Below are positions 25,331-38,756 of a DNA stretch of 64,000 nucleotides, piece after piece. Every line of letters starts with the position of its first letter. Position 1 is the first letter of the stretch. The position numbers and the translations under genes were made by a program. The stretch is from Harriotta raleighana. Lineage: Eukaryota. The notes beneath the pieces are model-generated. The model did not search any database. It saw only the letters and a program-made list of their open reading frames with translations, and was not told where the DNA came from. The stretch is from NCBI GenBank assembly GCA_050575255.1, contig JBNZDD010013631.1:1289925-1353924 (forward strand), in the 5' to 3' direction.

Positions 25331-26477
25331 AACTTTCTGAGACGCTACTTCTCCTTAAATTAATTTTCAACCAGACATGGGAATTTCCACATTTAGGTAG
25401 CATGCAGAGAACTCTCAGTCTGCTTCGGACACTGTAAATGTTGGTAATGATGGTGGGTTTCCACACATACCAAACAATTAGCTGACCCAAAAATACCAAA
25501 CACTTTTTTAGGATTAAATATTATCTATACAGTAGTATAAAATGTTCCTTTTTGAAGTCAATGCCTAGCTTTGATGTATCATTTCATTTCTGAGCAGTGT
25601 ACAGAACTTTTTTTTTAACCATGTGGTGATTTTTTTTTAAATTCCAACTTCCTGACACAGCTGTAAAATAATAATAATAATAATAATCCTTAAACTGATC
25701 TAGGCTGATACTCTAGTCCAATGTTGGGCAAGAGTTGCGTTGTCAGAGATGCTGTTCTTTGAATGGAAAGTAAACCAAGAGCCTGTTTGCATGTTCAAGA
25801 GTACAATAAAGATCCATTATTCAACAAAGCAGTTACCTCTTTTGTACTGGTGAACTTCCCTCTAGGTAAATTCCCTCTAGAGTTATTGGAGGAATGTTAT
25901 TCATTTCATGTCTGTCAGTGCTGTGCACAAATCGATTGCCGCAATCGCCTGCAAATATACAGTCAACACACTCTGTAGTAAATCACCCACAAAACACAGT
26001 CACCAAACTTGATAATATGTGCTGTGAAGTGCTTTGGGAAATCCTCCAGATGTGAAAGACGCAAATATCAAATATAAGAAATGATCTTTATTATGAATCC
26101 NACCAAGCACTTTTTTTTTTTGGAATGACTTCTTGCAAGGATTATTATCATTTGATACAACACCTTAGCATGTCCAAGCATCTGAAAGAATTCACTGTGA
26201 AGTGTAGTAACTGTATACATATGTCATCAAACACAGCAGCATACAGCAATGACTCAGAGACACAAACGTTCCCAACCGATCCCGGTTGACACTTATTTGA
26301 ATGTTGTGAAACAAAACTGTCCTAAATCTGTCCTGGACCAAAGCAAGACAGTTTGCGTGAGGTTGGGTTGGGAGGCCCAGTATGACAGGTTGACTGAACT
26401 GCTCCAGTTTGTTCAGGTTATAATGAGCTATAAGGTCCTTATTTATTGTGGAGCTCAGCATATTGTATCTCAGATAA

Positions 26478-26813
26478 ATCAACAACAAAACAACAACATT
26501 ACATTTATAGAGCGCCTTTCACATCGGGAGGACGTCCCAATGCGCTGAACAGTTAGATCAGGACCCGAGCAGCTGGGGGAAGGGTCAGGGTAGGGGGAGA
26601 GTAGGAAAGTGGGGTGAGAGTTGGGAGGGGAGCTAAAGGTATAATCGAAGAGGAAGATCTTGAGACCGGCCTTGAAGGAGGAAGAAAATCAGGGCCACAT
26701 GCTGAAGAAAAATANAGAGTTGGGAGGGGAGCAAAAGGTATAATCGAAGAGGAAGATCTTGAGACCGGCCTTGAAGGAGGAAGAAAATCAGGGCCACGTG
26801 CTGAAGAAAAATA
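26478..26813 (-). mobile_element. Young L2 3' end (98 bp duplicated across N at 26715)
   Basis: caacaacattacatttatagagcgcctttcacatcgggaggacgtccc tail plus 3' UTR. Confidence 0.85.
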
Positions 26814-29679
26814 TTCTGAGGCTTAAATAAATGCACCCTTTTGAGTTCATTATTTTCTGTCTATCAATCGGCTTGTGTGTGTTTTTTTTCTGCTGTCCAC
26901 ACATCGGTCTTTGCCTTCAGCACCTCTAACACTGAATAATGATGCACTTTAAGTCTGAGCCAACTGAGTAATTATGCCTATTATAACACTGTTGCTCAGC
27001 CACTAAGCACATTTCTAGATTGACACCTCAATCTTATAAAGGTTAAACTCAGTGTGATTAGTCAGCAATTCTCTCTTCCTTTTGTGGTGTAGATCGGCGA
27101 TCCTTCCTTTGCTTTCTTTGCAAACCTTTCGTTGCATTTATTTATTGAACAATCATTAGCATTAAATGCCGGTAATCTGAATTAAGTGGTGTTTGCGATG
27201 ACGCACACTTATGCGATGGGACCAAAAAGTTATTCAGGCCTACCACATCAATATTCCAGCGACAATGGCTGAGGCAAAGGGTGCTTCAACCTCGGAAATC
27301 CAGTGAAGTATCAAAGTCAGGTGTTTGATTTCTAAAAGGTATTTCATTTTGTTCAAAGAAAAGTGTTGATTTTATACTTTTCCCCTTGAAATGCTGCCGT
27401 AACTCAGATGCTAACATGCTTGCCTCTGAGTCAGGAGATTGTGGGAAAAATGAAACTTCATTTTTGAGAAACTTGAGCCCACCCTCTGGTGTAGTTCTCC
27501 AGTGCAGTGTTGGGGAAGTGTTGCATTGCCTTTTCTGACATGAAGTTGCACGATACAAGTGTAATATGTTGTGGTCAAATATGCCGATCTTTAGTTAAAC
27601 TGCTGCACTGATGTTTTGTCTACTCTGTTCAAGTGGACGTTCAAGAACTCACGATACTGTTCAAAAAGAGAAAGTTTTGGATTGATACACCAGCCCTTAT
27701 CATGTAGGATAACGTCTGTGTACAGAGTTTCTCCCAGTATCCGGGGCAGTGACCGTCCAAAGTCAATTGATCATCATTCAACACACACTGTTTGTGGGAC
27801 ATTGCTGAGCAAATACGCAGCACAGTGTCTGCATTTAGCAATAGTTACTGTAACATGCTTTGAGATGTTTCAATGATATATAACCATTCTATCAGGTGAA
27901 AAGATTCTGATCAACAGATTGCTTATGTAAGACTATACTCAAGTGTATGACTTAGACTCATGGGAACACTGCATAAAATCATGAGACTCTCAGATGAAGA
28001 CTCCCCACTTGTATTGTTTTTTATAAACTGAAGAAATTTCTTCCCCTTAATGAAGACATCCTTTGAAAAACATCCCACAAATTCTCTCAGAGGGAATTCT
28101 AAGAGAATTGTTGTCCTGTTTGCTATTTACCAGCCACCAAAGTTAAGCCGCGTCTGTCAATCTACATCACCTGGACCTGAAGTATAGGTTCAATGCAATG
28201 TGGTGTTGGATAACTTTACAGCATAGATTTTTGGTGTGTACAGTAGTTATTACATGACAAAATGTTCACTGCAGATAGCGTGCACTTTGAAAAGGGAAAC
28301 AGTGTGAAGAGAAACACAAAGAACTTTCATGTCTTGTGACATAAAGGATCTTCAATCAAACAAGGCTTAGAATAGCTTGGGCAGAGGATAAACACAAATC
28401 ATAAATCTGCTCCCACCACAACTGCCATGAGCAAGGGATGTTGAAACCCCAGGTTAACGACTTTTAGCTCACAGTCTAAAAAGATACTTCAAAGCACAGT
28501 GTTGGTTTGTTCCTTGTGCCTTAACTGCACTGTAATAAATAATAATCCTTGCATTTGATACAGCACCACATCACATCTTTGGGACGTCTCAAAGTGCTTC
28601 GCAGAACATTCTGTAAAGTGAATTGAATGTATATTTTATGGGTGAAACGTGGCAACCGCTTGCAATGATAAAGCGTGGTTCAACGATGCGGACATTGCAA
28701 GAGGCGATAATGAACACTGTGGTCTTCGCTCAGTGACAATTACATTTATCTTGTGGTCATTTTACAGACTCCTTACAGCTGTAACTGGCATATTAGACCA
28801 TATTGAATAGGTTGGTAGTAAATTACTCCTGACTGCAGCACACTCACTGTCTTGAGGTTTCCGAACTAGAAACTAGCCAATAAATTACTTATCCATGACC
28901 AGTAAAATTTCATCTGATGCAAGCCACTATGCGGTAAGCTCATAGCCCAGCAAATGTGGAACTATTTATCTTCATATTTAAATGTCAATAAACCCAAGGT
29001 AAATGAGATCCTTTAAGAGCCCAAAGATCCTGGAAGAGATTCAACTTTACTGTAAACCATACAGAATAAGTGTTGCTGGAATGCAAGCCAACATCACATA
29101 CATTAGCACCTCTGGCATTCTGCTGGGGGGTGGGTGGCAACGAAACCATCCCATGTGTTTAGGCAACAGCATGGTAAAGTAATAGCATAACCTGTCATTA
29201 GGACATCGGGATTGTATAGCTCTGCAATTTCCACCTTTCAGTCAGATCCCAAGTCCTGAAACAGTTAGATATCTATTGAATTGCCTCATGATTCCAATGA
29301 GTCTACTCTGCTTGTCGGCCTTGGCGCACAGTAGGAAAAACCCATCTGGATACAACAGAGCAAGCCGAATATGCTGCACTCAGAGTTTATTTTGGCAACT
29401 CACACTGGTTCTGTGATTTGGATTTGGGTATATTTGCACACTCGATGCCTATTTGCTCCTTTTCTCGTTCACATCTGGGAAAATTGTCTTGAAGAAGCAC
29501 TCGATTCTGCAATTCTGATTTTTTTTACATCTGACTTCGTAACTCTTCACCCCTGCTTGGCAGGCTTAGGCATTGTATTAGTACTGTACATAGTTATTTT
29601 ATTGCTTACCTGAGTTAAGAAAAGGATGCTAGCTAGCACAAATAGGATAGCGGGATGTGCAGCAAGTAGTGAAATAATA

Positions 29680-30150
29680 ATAATAAAATAATAATAACAA
29701 TAATGCTTGCCTTTGAGATAGTGACTTATGACTTCACAGAATATACTGTAAAGTGAAATGACTGATTGGTATATATTGTGGACCAAATGCGGCATCCAAT
29801 TGCGCACAGCAGTGTCCCATAAACAGTCACTCTCATAAATATTACCACTCAGAGCTCTAACCTCATGGTAATAATCCTTACATTTGATTTAATGCTTATC
29901 ACGTCGTTGAGACATCGCAAAATGCTTTACAGAATATATTGTAAAATGAATTGTCTGTGTATTGTGTGGGTGAAACACAGCAGCCAGTTAGCATCCCACA
30001 AACACTCAGGGATTGAGTGAAATACTTTTTGGAGGGATTATTGCCCCCAGAAAGCAATCCACTAATCAACTAACACCTGTATTCCTGTTTATTGCTGGGA
30101 AAACAGAGGCATGTAGAGTAAGGAGTAAGAGTAACCTTGCCTCAGATTTT
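29680..30150 (-). mobile_element. Two adjacent SINE copies
   Basis: Tails at ~29680 and ~29868; the second extends into the Meta-like segment aaacagaggcatgtagagtaagg. Confidence 0.85.
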
Positions 30151-31228
30151 CCCCTGCAGAAATGTAGAAATTGTAGCTTTTGCTAAAGTACTAATAAATA
30201 ATAATGCAATAATAATATTTTTTTTGCATTAGATAAAACACCTTTCATATCGAGAGAATATCTCAAAGCTCTTTGCAGCATCACTCACACATTGTGCATT
30301 TGTTGATGTTCCATAAACAACCATGAAGTAACTAACCCCCAATTTTATTTTAGAGGAAAGTTGACCGCATGGATGGATGCCACATTTGACCCACAAAACA
30401 TACAGTCAATCATTTTTCTTTTTGAATAGTGCCAGGGGATCATTAACATCCATCCAAACAGGCTGGCGGGACCTCAGTTTAACGTCTCATTCAAAGGGCG
30501 GCAACTTTGGTCATGTTGACAAGCGCATAATGGAGCTTGAACCATAACTTTTGGACTCGGAGGCAGGAATGTTACCAGTTGAACTGAGCGGTAGAGAGTA
30601 CGGATATATAAGGGTTACTCATCACAGCACCCACTCTCAACACATGGATTTTTCTTTAAGGCTCTTGAGATAAAGGATTGCTAAAATATTTCAATAATGC
30701 CCTATACATTCGGACACTTTTTTACCCTTGTTTTTCCTTCCTTTTGTGAGTTTCACATCCTTTTCCTCATTCTTTTCCAACTGCCCTGGACATTCAGCAA
30801 AACAGGAAGGTGGAAAAACGACAGGAAGGATAGCAGGAAGGAAGTAACCGTGGGAGAGGGATTAAATTATACTACTCCAGGAATCTTGGAAATACTTTTG
30901 TAAAATGTTCTATTTATATGTTTTGAATTGTTGATTTATTCTGTCTGTTTATCTAATAAAGAGTAACTGTGAATATCTGTGATTATTTACCCAGTACAGT
31001 TCCAATCGTGAAGCAAACAATCTTGTTTATTTTACCGTAGCCTGCATTCCATCCGAAGAATTTGTTTTTAAAGTACATTTTCAGTTTCTTTTTTCCACAA
31101 AACATACTGTCTTTTGAACATTTCTGAAACTTTATAAAGCCATGAAGTTTCAACAGCTTGGTTTGGAAAAGTGGAGGAAGTATGTCAGGCTTGATTTCTC
31201 TAAATTCATATTCTTCATCATGATTTCA

Positions 31229-31390
31229 TGGATTCCTGTAGTTCAGTGGTTAGAGCCTTGCCTTACAAACGAGAGACCCGAGTTCAATGCCAGAATAAAC
31301 CTTGGGTAGGTTTCCTTATTCCACACGACTAATAATAATTACCCCTCAAAAAAAAATTGGTCATTTCAATCCACGACTGTTTGTGGGAGT
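31229..31390 (+). mobile_element. SINE 5' half, short variant
   Basis: cctgtagttcagtggttagagc...gagttcaatgcc...ccacacgactaataataat. Confidence 0.85.
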
Positions 31391-33205
31391 GAGATTGTCA
31401 AAGTAATGTCAATTAATGGACATTAATGCGCAGATGACTTGCATTCAGTCGGGACTGGTGTTGAGACTGCCCGAATGCATTTTGTGTAAGAACCTTATAG
31501 TCTTTGAAGAAATGAAACATTTATCCCATTTAAGCTCAGGTCTTGAGACCAATGTATCAATTCACCAATCCACTTTATCACCTTTAGGCTAGCCACTGAC
31601 AAAGTGACTCATGATCAATGAACTCATCAATGAGACATTATCAGCCGGCAAGTCAAGATACAGTACTTGTATCTCAACACCCGAGTTCCTGACATTTTAT
31701 TTATTCCGTACAGCTTAAACCCATGGGACTTCCTCCCGACGTGAAAGGCGCGATATAAATGTCATTTTGTTGTTGTTGTTGCTGTTCATTTCAGAATAAA
31801 GCTGATCTGGAAACACGAAAAGTGTCTACGATTCTACGACTTGAGAATTCAGTGTATGATACTTGCAAATATTGGCGGAATAGCCGATGTTTCCATCAAC
31901 ACGAACGGTACAAGGAACCAGGAGGAGGCTCGTTGCCGAATAGCGCAATCGCTTCTGGGAAATCCAGGTCACAAATCAAGGAAGAAGTTGATGCAATCTT
32001 TCTTAGTGCTGCAAACATTATAACCTTCCACGTTTCTGCTTTAGGTTGGTGACCTTTGGTGTCAGTGAATGGTTCTCTATCTTTGTGCAATCAACCTCAC
32101 CATCAAGTGTTCCCCAAGTCAGGTTTCGAATAGCAAGTTGTACTCTACATCTTACTGATGCTCTTTCCTTTGTCTCAACATGTTTTGCAGTCTCTACGCA
32201 CACAGGAGACCATCCCCAATGGACCTTTTTCTCAATGGTTTTTTAATAATATATTCCAAGGCATTCAATATAAAATAGAGCTCATCATTATGTAAAATAC
32301 CTGGTTCTCCAGGGCCGTGTTACATAGAGGCAAGCATTTATTTTAAAGTATGGAGTACTATAGCCTTCATTTGTACTGTGCCCATATGTGTAATGCATTG
32401 ATTGATGTTACATATCTCCTTTTGCCTTTGTCAGTAAGCCTGAAGAATCCATACTTATAAACAACTCTAGTAACAATTTTAAAGTACAAATAACGTGGCA
32501 TTAAAGATGCAAAACAAAATTACACTTTTAAGATTGCATTAGAGTTATTTATAAGTGCTCGGGGACAAATTTGCAAAAGTTAATGAACTGCGGAGAATAG
32601 CGCTCAGCCCCTCATCAACAACTGTGCTACATGGAGCGCATGAAACAGCCCCCAATGGGAACTCATTGTATTCATGAAATGCACACATACACCACACACA
32701 TGCTAGCATAAATTATGCATTTTGTTTAAGATAAAATAACCCATGGCGAGATTTTCTTTTAAACTCGAAATGTTTACACTTTCCACTTGCCAAACATCAT
32801 TAAAAAAAAATCTTTCAGAGATTTGAAGTTAGATTTGATGGCGGAAGTTAAAGCATCAAATTGCAAATGTGTTTCTCAATTAAGGTTCAGATTTGAATGC
32901 AGTATATCCTTAATCGGGTTCCTGACGCTCTAAATTCCTCATACATATATTCATATTGGAATGGGTTTTTCATCAGTCAAATTATGTTGGGATTGAGTCC
33001 TTACTTCAGGCTGCCAACCCAACTGCAGTCCTGGGAGTACTGCACTGTCAGAGATGTATTCTTTTAACGAAAATGTTAAAGATCAAAGTTCTAACTGTTG
33101 AGAAGGACCTTAAGGATATTTTTCAAAAAGAAAAGGGTGTTTCTTCTGGGGATTTGCCTAAATTCCTCTAGGTACTGTACGTTGATTATTTTACTTAATG
33201 GGGAA

Positions 33206-33534
33206 TGTGGAGCTCCTGTGGCTCAGTGGTTAGAGCACTCGTCTTACAAGCGTGAGACCTGTGTTCGAATCCAGGAAAATCAGGGCGAAACCTTGGGCAA
33301 GTTTCCTTACTCCACACGCCTAATAATAATCCCTCCAAAAAAAACCACAATAATAAAATTGGTCATTTCAATCCACCACTGTTTGTGGGGGACGCTGCTG
33401 TGCGCAATTGGCTGCCGCATTTCGCCCACAAATATACAGTCAATTCACTTTACAGTATTTTCTGTGAAGCGCTTTGGGACATCGATAAGATGTGAAAAGC
33501 GCAATATCAAATGCAAGGATTATTATTATTATTA
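33206..33534 (+). mobile_element. Best-preserved full SINE (tRNA head, partial Meta, Deu 3', L2-like tail)
   Basis: A box TGGCTCAGTGG, B box GTTCGAATCC, retained CpGs, (TTA)n tail. Confidence 0.95.
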
Positions 33535-36500
33535 TGTGCTGTGGGATCTTGTAATCAGAAATTGACTGCTGAAATTTACCCACGAATATACAGTTACGAC
33601 ACTTAATAGCAAATACCTGTGAAGCTATTTTGACTTTGCTGGATACATGGTCACCTTTATCAAATACCAGGATTATTATTATTAGTAGTATTATTAGATT
33701 TTATGCATCATTGGTAATTTGTCACTTGACTTTTTCACTAGGGTGTCCATCTTGTGTTTCCATCTCAAATGTCAGCACACCTAGCTGCAGGATCCATCTC
33801 ATACACAATCCTCGTTCACCAGTTCAAGATCATTGGGAATGCGAATGCCCTCCCGATGTGAAAAGCACTACACTGTACTGTACAAGTGTACTTTTGTTGT
33901 TGTTGTTCAGCTGTAGTTTAAAAGAATAATGCAGTGGTTCCTATGCCTAGCCATTCATGAGAGAGCAGTCGATGACTGACTGACTGTAGTCTTTCAACTT
34001 CCCTGCACCCATTCTCCGTTCATTTTGCGATTTAGTTTTGAGGCAGAAAGCAAAAGGCAAAATTCTGTGGCCAAGGCACAAACATCACTGACCTATGAGG
34101 AACATCGAAGCAAAGCCCAAGCAACCTTTCTGCCATGCCTGAGTGAGCTGACAACTCAGTTGTCTCGCTTCACGAATAATGCAAGGCATTCGTCTCTGGA
34201 GGCAATGGCAGCCGCAGCTTATCTAGCAGACAGATAGGAACATTTTCAGGGGGAGAGTAACCAAGATCGAATTGGAAGAAAAATTGGCAACCACTTCCAA
34301 TACTGTTTCACTGATATTTATTTTCTCCTGTTAGAGACGTGGCTGAAATCAACTCACTGCAACAGACACAGGATTACAGTAGTAAAAAAAAAATGGACTA
34401 TCAATCACTTTGTTAGATGAAGTCAAAGTTGGATGAGTTTTGGATGGCACTTGGCGAGCCTACGTTTCAGAAACGGGGTGGGGGGGGGGGGGCAAAAACG
34501 GATGCAGGATAAAGTCGAGGCGCATGCTTCACACTAGCTTAATTAAGAAACCGTAGCTATAATGGAACAAAGAAATTGTTGGCACCAGCAGAAGAGAGTA
34601 GAGGGGGCTTTATTTGCTACAGAATCCTCTCTGCTTTCACAGCAGGTTTTATTTGGGGGTCATTGCGCTGCTGGTGCCAAAACAAGAGTGCATATACCAG
34701 AGTTCATTGACCCATATGTATCACATACGGCTGAAATATTTTCTACTCAGTGCCAGACATTTTAATACATTTACATCAGTGCTGGTTCAGGCAGTAACCG
34801 ATATTCTCAACATTTGCCAAAGTATTATGTCTAATGCATTGCCCGACCAATGATTTGTTTAAAAAGTTTTTTTAAATTTATCATCTTCCATCTTTCACTG
34901 CGGTATAAAATATTGCTAGATTATTTGATGGAATTTGCCAAATATTGCTAGGTATTTGATGAAAGGGCAATATGAACATTAACCAGATGAAATGTATGCG
35001 AGAACCAATTAGGTACTGTATTTCACATGATGTTAAACGTCTTTAAAATGATACCATTTATATATTTATGGCAAATGCCCCGTGAAACAAACAGTTTGTA
35101 TCAATGTACAAAAGTTGCTCCACTGTGGACTGGTATAACATGGGTTAATGACAGTAACTCCTCATTTAAAAACTTCCTGATTTTAGCTTGGAATTGAGGT
35201 TAAGGCAGGAAGGAAGCTTCTTGGCCAAGATTCTCTGAACCAAGGTTGTAAACAATCTACCATCCAGCTACTGAAAAACAGTTGTAGGAAGAGGCCCGGC
35301 ATAGTGAGCAGTCTTCGCTTTCAGCTATGATATGTATTGCATCCACAGAGGGACCGTAAAAAGAGGAGAGATTGAGGCGCACACATTGTTTGATCACCTT
35401 TATGGACCAAGTTTTTTTTTAATCACTTTGTTGCATTTTACAGATATTGTGCAAGATGTTTAATGTACAGCAATGTTGTGGGAGAATTTCTTGTCTTTGG
35501 TGATGTCAGCCACTAATGGGATTTTTCATTATAATCACTCATTCCCAAAGGCATCACTCTATGTAAAGTTTGCTGAAATCTTCACGCATAAGTGAGCATT
35601 CCCTTAAGAATAAAAAAAATCCTTGAATTTGTTGTAACATCTTTCACCTTGGGAGAGCTCTGCAACACAGCGACTGAGCTGTGGCACACTTAACTACCCT
35701 GCCTGAGGGGTGTTAAATAAATGCAAGTTGTTGTTGTCTGTGTATTTTGTAAGTAAACAAAGCAGTCAACATGTACGCAACAATGCCTGAGAAACAAGAA
35801 GTGAGTGACCAATTTTATCTGTGGGTTTTTATCAACCAGGATATTGGGAGAAACCTCCTTTTCTTGTTGAGTAGTGCACTAGGATATTTAATATGCATCA
35901 AAATAGGCAAATGGGAACCAGATATAGTGTCTCATTCAAAGGCCAGACCCTCCAATGAAGGATGGGCTATGGACAACCATCACACATGTGTGCAGTCAAC
36001 TGGCTCTCAAGCTAAATTGGCTGACTTGCAGGGCTTCTGGCCATGACTGACATTACGTCCCGAGTGCTGAACGCAAGCAACAGGCCGGGAAATGACAATA
36101 GTATCAGTAATAAACTTTGCATTTTATACAGCGACTTATCATGTCATTGAGACCTCTCAAAGCACTTCACAGAATAATACACTGTAAACTGAATTGACTG
36201 TCTGCAATCTTATGGGCTAAAACGCGGCAGCCGATTGTGCACAGAAGTGCCCCACAACAAGTCACGGATTGCATGAACCAAATTATTATGACTATTTATT
36301 TTTTAACTAAAGGTTGGATATTTTAGCAAAAGATTAATGCACGACTTCTGGGACCATCCGGCCTTTTGTCAGCTTTATTTTCTGCCTTCTGATGTAGTTA
36401 TACCACCATCAGTGATGACCCAATGATCCAAACTGGGCCTTAAAAAACAGCTTTTGCACAAGGAGGGAGTAACTAGTTGTGAACTTGCTCACTTACACTG

Positions 36501-36944
36501 GTTATCCTCGATCTCAACTGCTGTGTTATCACAGGACTCTGCTGTAATTTGAAAGCAGTACGGAGGAATCCGCAGGACCATTCATTCCATTTAGTACACG
36601 GGGAAAAAAAAAGATTTCTTCCCCCAAGTAGTAAAAAAAATAATTCAACCCATTGAGTACTCAAAGAGTTAAAACAGTTGTTAAATAGAAACTCTTAAAG
36701 GTTAAAATATGGCACACGCATGGCAGACCAGTCTATGTTATGGTACTTTACTATATTAAAATGCAATACACGTATGCCACCTATTGGAGTCACTTTGCCT
36801 CTTTGTTAACAGAAAGGTAGTGTCCTTTCATTCAGTTACCATGACAACCCCCTTATTACCCAAAGTATAGAGGTTTATGTTGATGATGGAACATTAAAAT
36901 CTTCAGCATGAACGTATATGTGTTCTCATAAGTTCGAACAGAGT

Positions 36945-37170
36945 TCAGGAATCACTTCTTCACTCGGAAGGTAGTGAATTTATGGAATTCTCTTCCCCAG
37001 AAAGCTGCAGATGCAGATTTCTAATGGATAGAGAGATTAAGGGAAATGGGGATAAGGCGGGCAGATGGAATTAGATTAGAAGATCAGACATAATCTTATT
37101 GTATGGTGGGGCAGGCTTGAGGGGCCGAATGGCCTACTCCTGCTCCTAATTCCTATGTTTCTATGTTCTC
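36945..37170 (+). mobile_element. CR1 LINE 3' end
   Basis: gtgaatttatggaattctcttccccag...gaggggccgaatggcctactcctgctccta...tcctatgtttctatg. Confidence 0.9.
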
Positions 37171-37234
37171 AGGAACATACAGTGCATAAGCGTGTACATT
37201 ATTCTCTTGCATAAGTGGCCTAAAAGCCTACTGT

Positions 37235-37695
37235 CACCACGGCTCAATTGGTGGCCCACTCACGACTGAGTCAGAAGATTGGGAGTTCAAGCTACAATTT
37301 GGGACTTTGAACTCACAGTATATGCTGACACTCACAACGCATTGTGGAAGGAGCGCTATATTATCAGAGCATTGGTTGCGTTGATTTGGGTGGACATTAA
37401 AGATCCCATGACACTATTGGAAAACAGAAGCCAGTTTCTCCCAGTGCAAAAATGCAGAAACCCTGTTCTGACGAAGGACCCGTGGACCTGAAACATTGAC
37501 TCACTTTCCTTTCTCCATAGATGCAGCCTGACCTGCTGAGTGAGTGTTCCTGGCCATTTCCTTTTTTTTTGTCTCAGTTTCACCCAGTGCCCTGGTCAAT
37601 CTCATCGGATTGAATTGGTCATAAAATTGATCCAGTATTCTGAGTCACTCCCCCATGTGAAGAAAACTGTGCAGATGCAAATTGTTATGGTTGTC
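37235..37695 (+). mobile_element. tRNA-headed Deu SINE interrupted by a Penelope-like insert
   Basis: ggctcaattgg...tgagtcagaag...gagttcaa head; gtggacattaaagatcccatg; resumes after 37590. Confidence 0.75.
37448..37574 (+). mobile_element. Penelope-like fragment with hammerhead-like core; 16-bp TSD
   Basis: CTGACGAAGGACCCGTGGACCTGAAAC 37468-37494; CAGTTTC(T/A)CCCAGTGC at 37432-37447 and 37575-37590. Confidence 0.85.
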
Positions 37696-38756
37696 ATTCA
37701 CTTCACGGCTATTCGCTGAACTCAAACCTGTTTCACATCTCATCGTGTCTAACAATCTGGCACTCCCCAGAACTGCACTGTAATATCAGCCTATACTGAA
37801 ATGGGCTGCCGTAATTGTCAACAAGCAAACAGGCAGGGCACTTCACAGTAAATATTTCTCATGCTTTGAGACATGTTGGTGACTAGATAAGAGAGTCTAT
37901 CTAATTACTGTTAGTGTTACTGTTTAAAAAACATTATAATCTGTTCATATGACATTTTAAACTAAAAGCACAGATTCACAATATAATCAAACAATGGTGT
38001 GTTAACATTTGTAGTAAACGTACATGTTATACCTTGAAACATTCCTCCATAGTGTAAGTCACACAGTATCGCAAGCGTAGAATGCATTGGCACAACAACA
38101 GTATGCTGGAGTGGAAAAATATGAATCCACCTTTTTTTTCTTTGTAAAACAATGTTAACTTGCTTTCAACATTATTAAATGCTAAATAAGAATGAGCACT
38201 GAATGAGCATTGAAGAAAGCCATGTTCAGATTAAGATTACTGCGTAGATTTGACATTCAACTGGGGGACTGAGTTTTGAAATGAGTTGCCTGAAGCACAT
38301 TTGAGTTTGATCATTGGGTCTGGGTCACCAGGTGAGATGTGTTTACTGGATGGAACAATTGACCTTCATCCAACTCTGTTTGTAATGTCCTCGTCCCGAG
38401 CAGTAAAGTGTTTGTGAAGTGTTGGGTCACGGGGTCCGTTATTGTAGCACACTGTAACACATGTGACATTAGTCATCTGAACCACTCGTTTCTCTAATTC
38501 CCTCTATTCTCTTCTCCTCCACGGAAATTAATTTTGACGGAAAATAACCATCGGTTTGCAATAACCTGTCTTATATTTTATATCGAATGTCCTCAGTCCC
38601 CCGCACCTTTCTAGTTAAGTTGCGGATTGGCTCAGCGAAAGAGCTTGGGATATTCACGGCAAAAGGGCGTAGGGGAGTCATCGACAAAAACAATAAAACA
38701 ACCAACAAAGACCTTGCCTTCTTATACCTGTATTATCCGAGCCCTGGCACCTTTAC

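Noticed and set aside
26617-26813. 98-bp tandem duplication giving a repeated peptide
   Set aside because: Centred on the N at 26715; assembly artefact within an L2 3' end.
2053-33565. Apparent family of related small Cys-rich ORFs (LWGTLLCAIGCRVSP...CKDYYY)
   Set aside because: All are translations of the same SINE body; frames and stops vary between copies.
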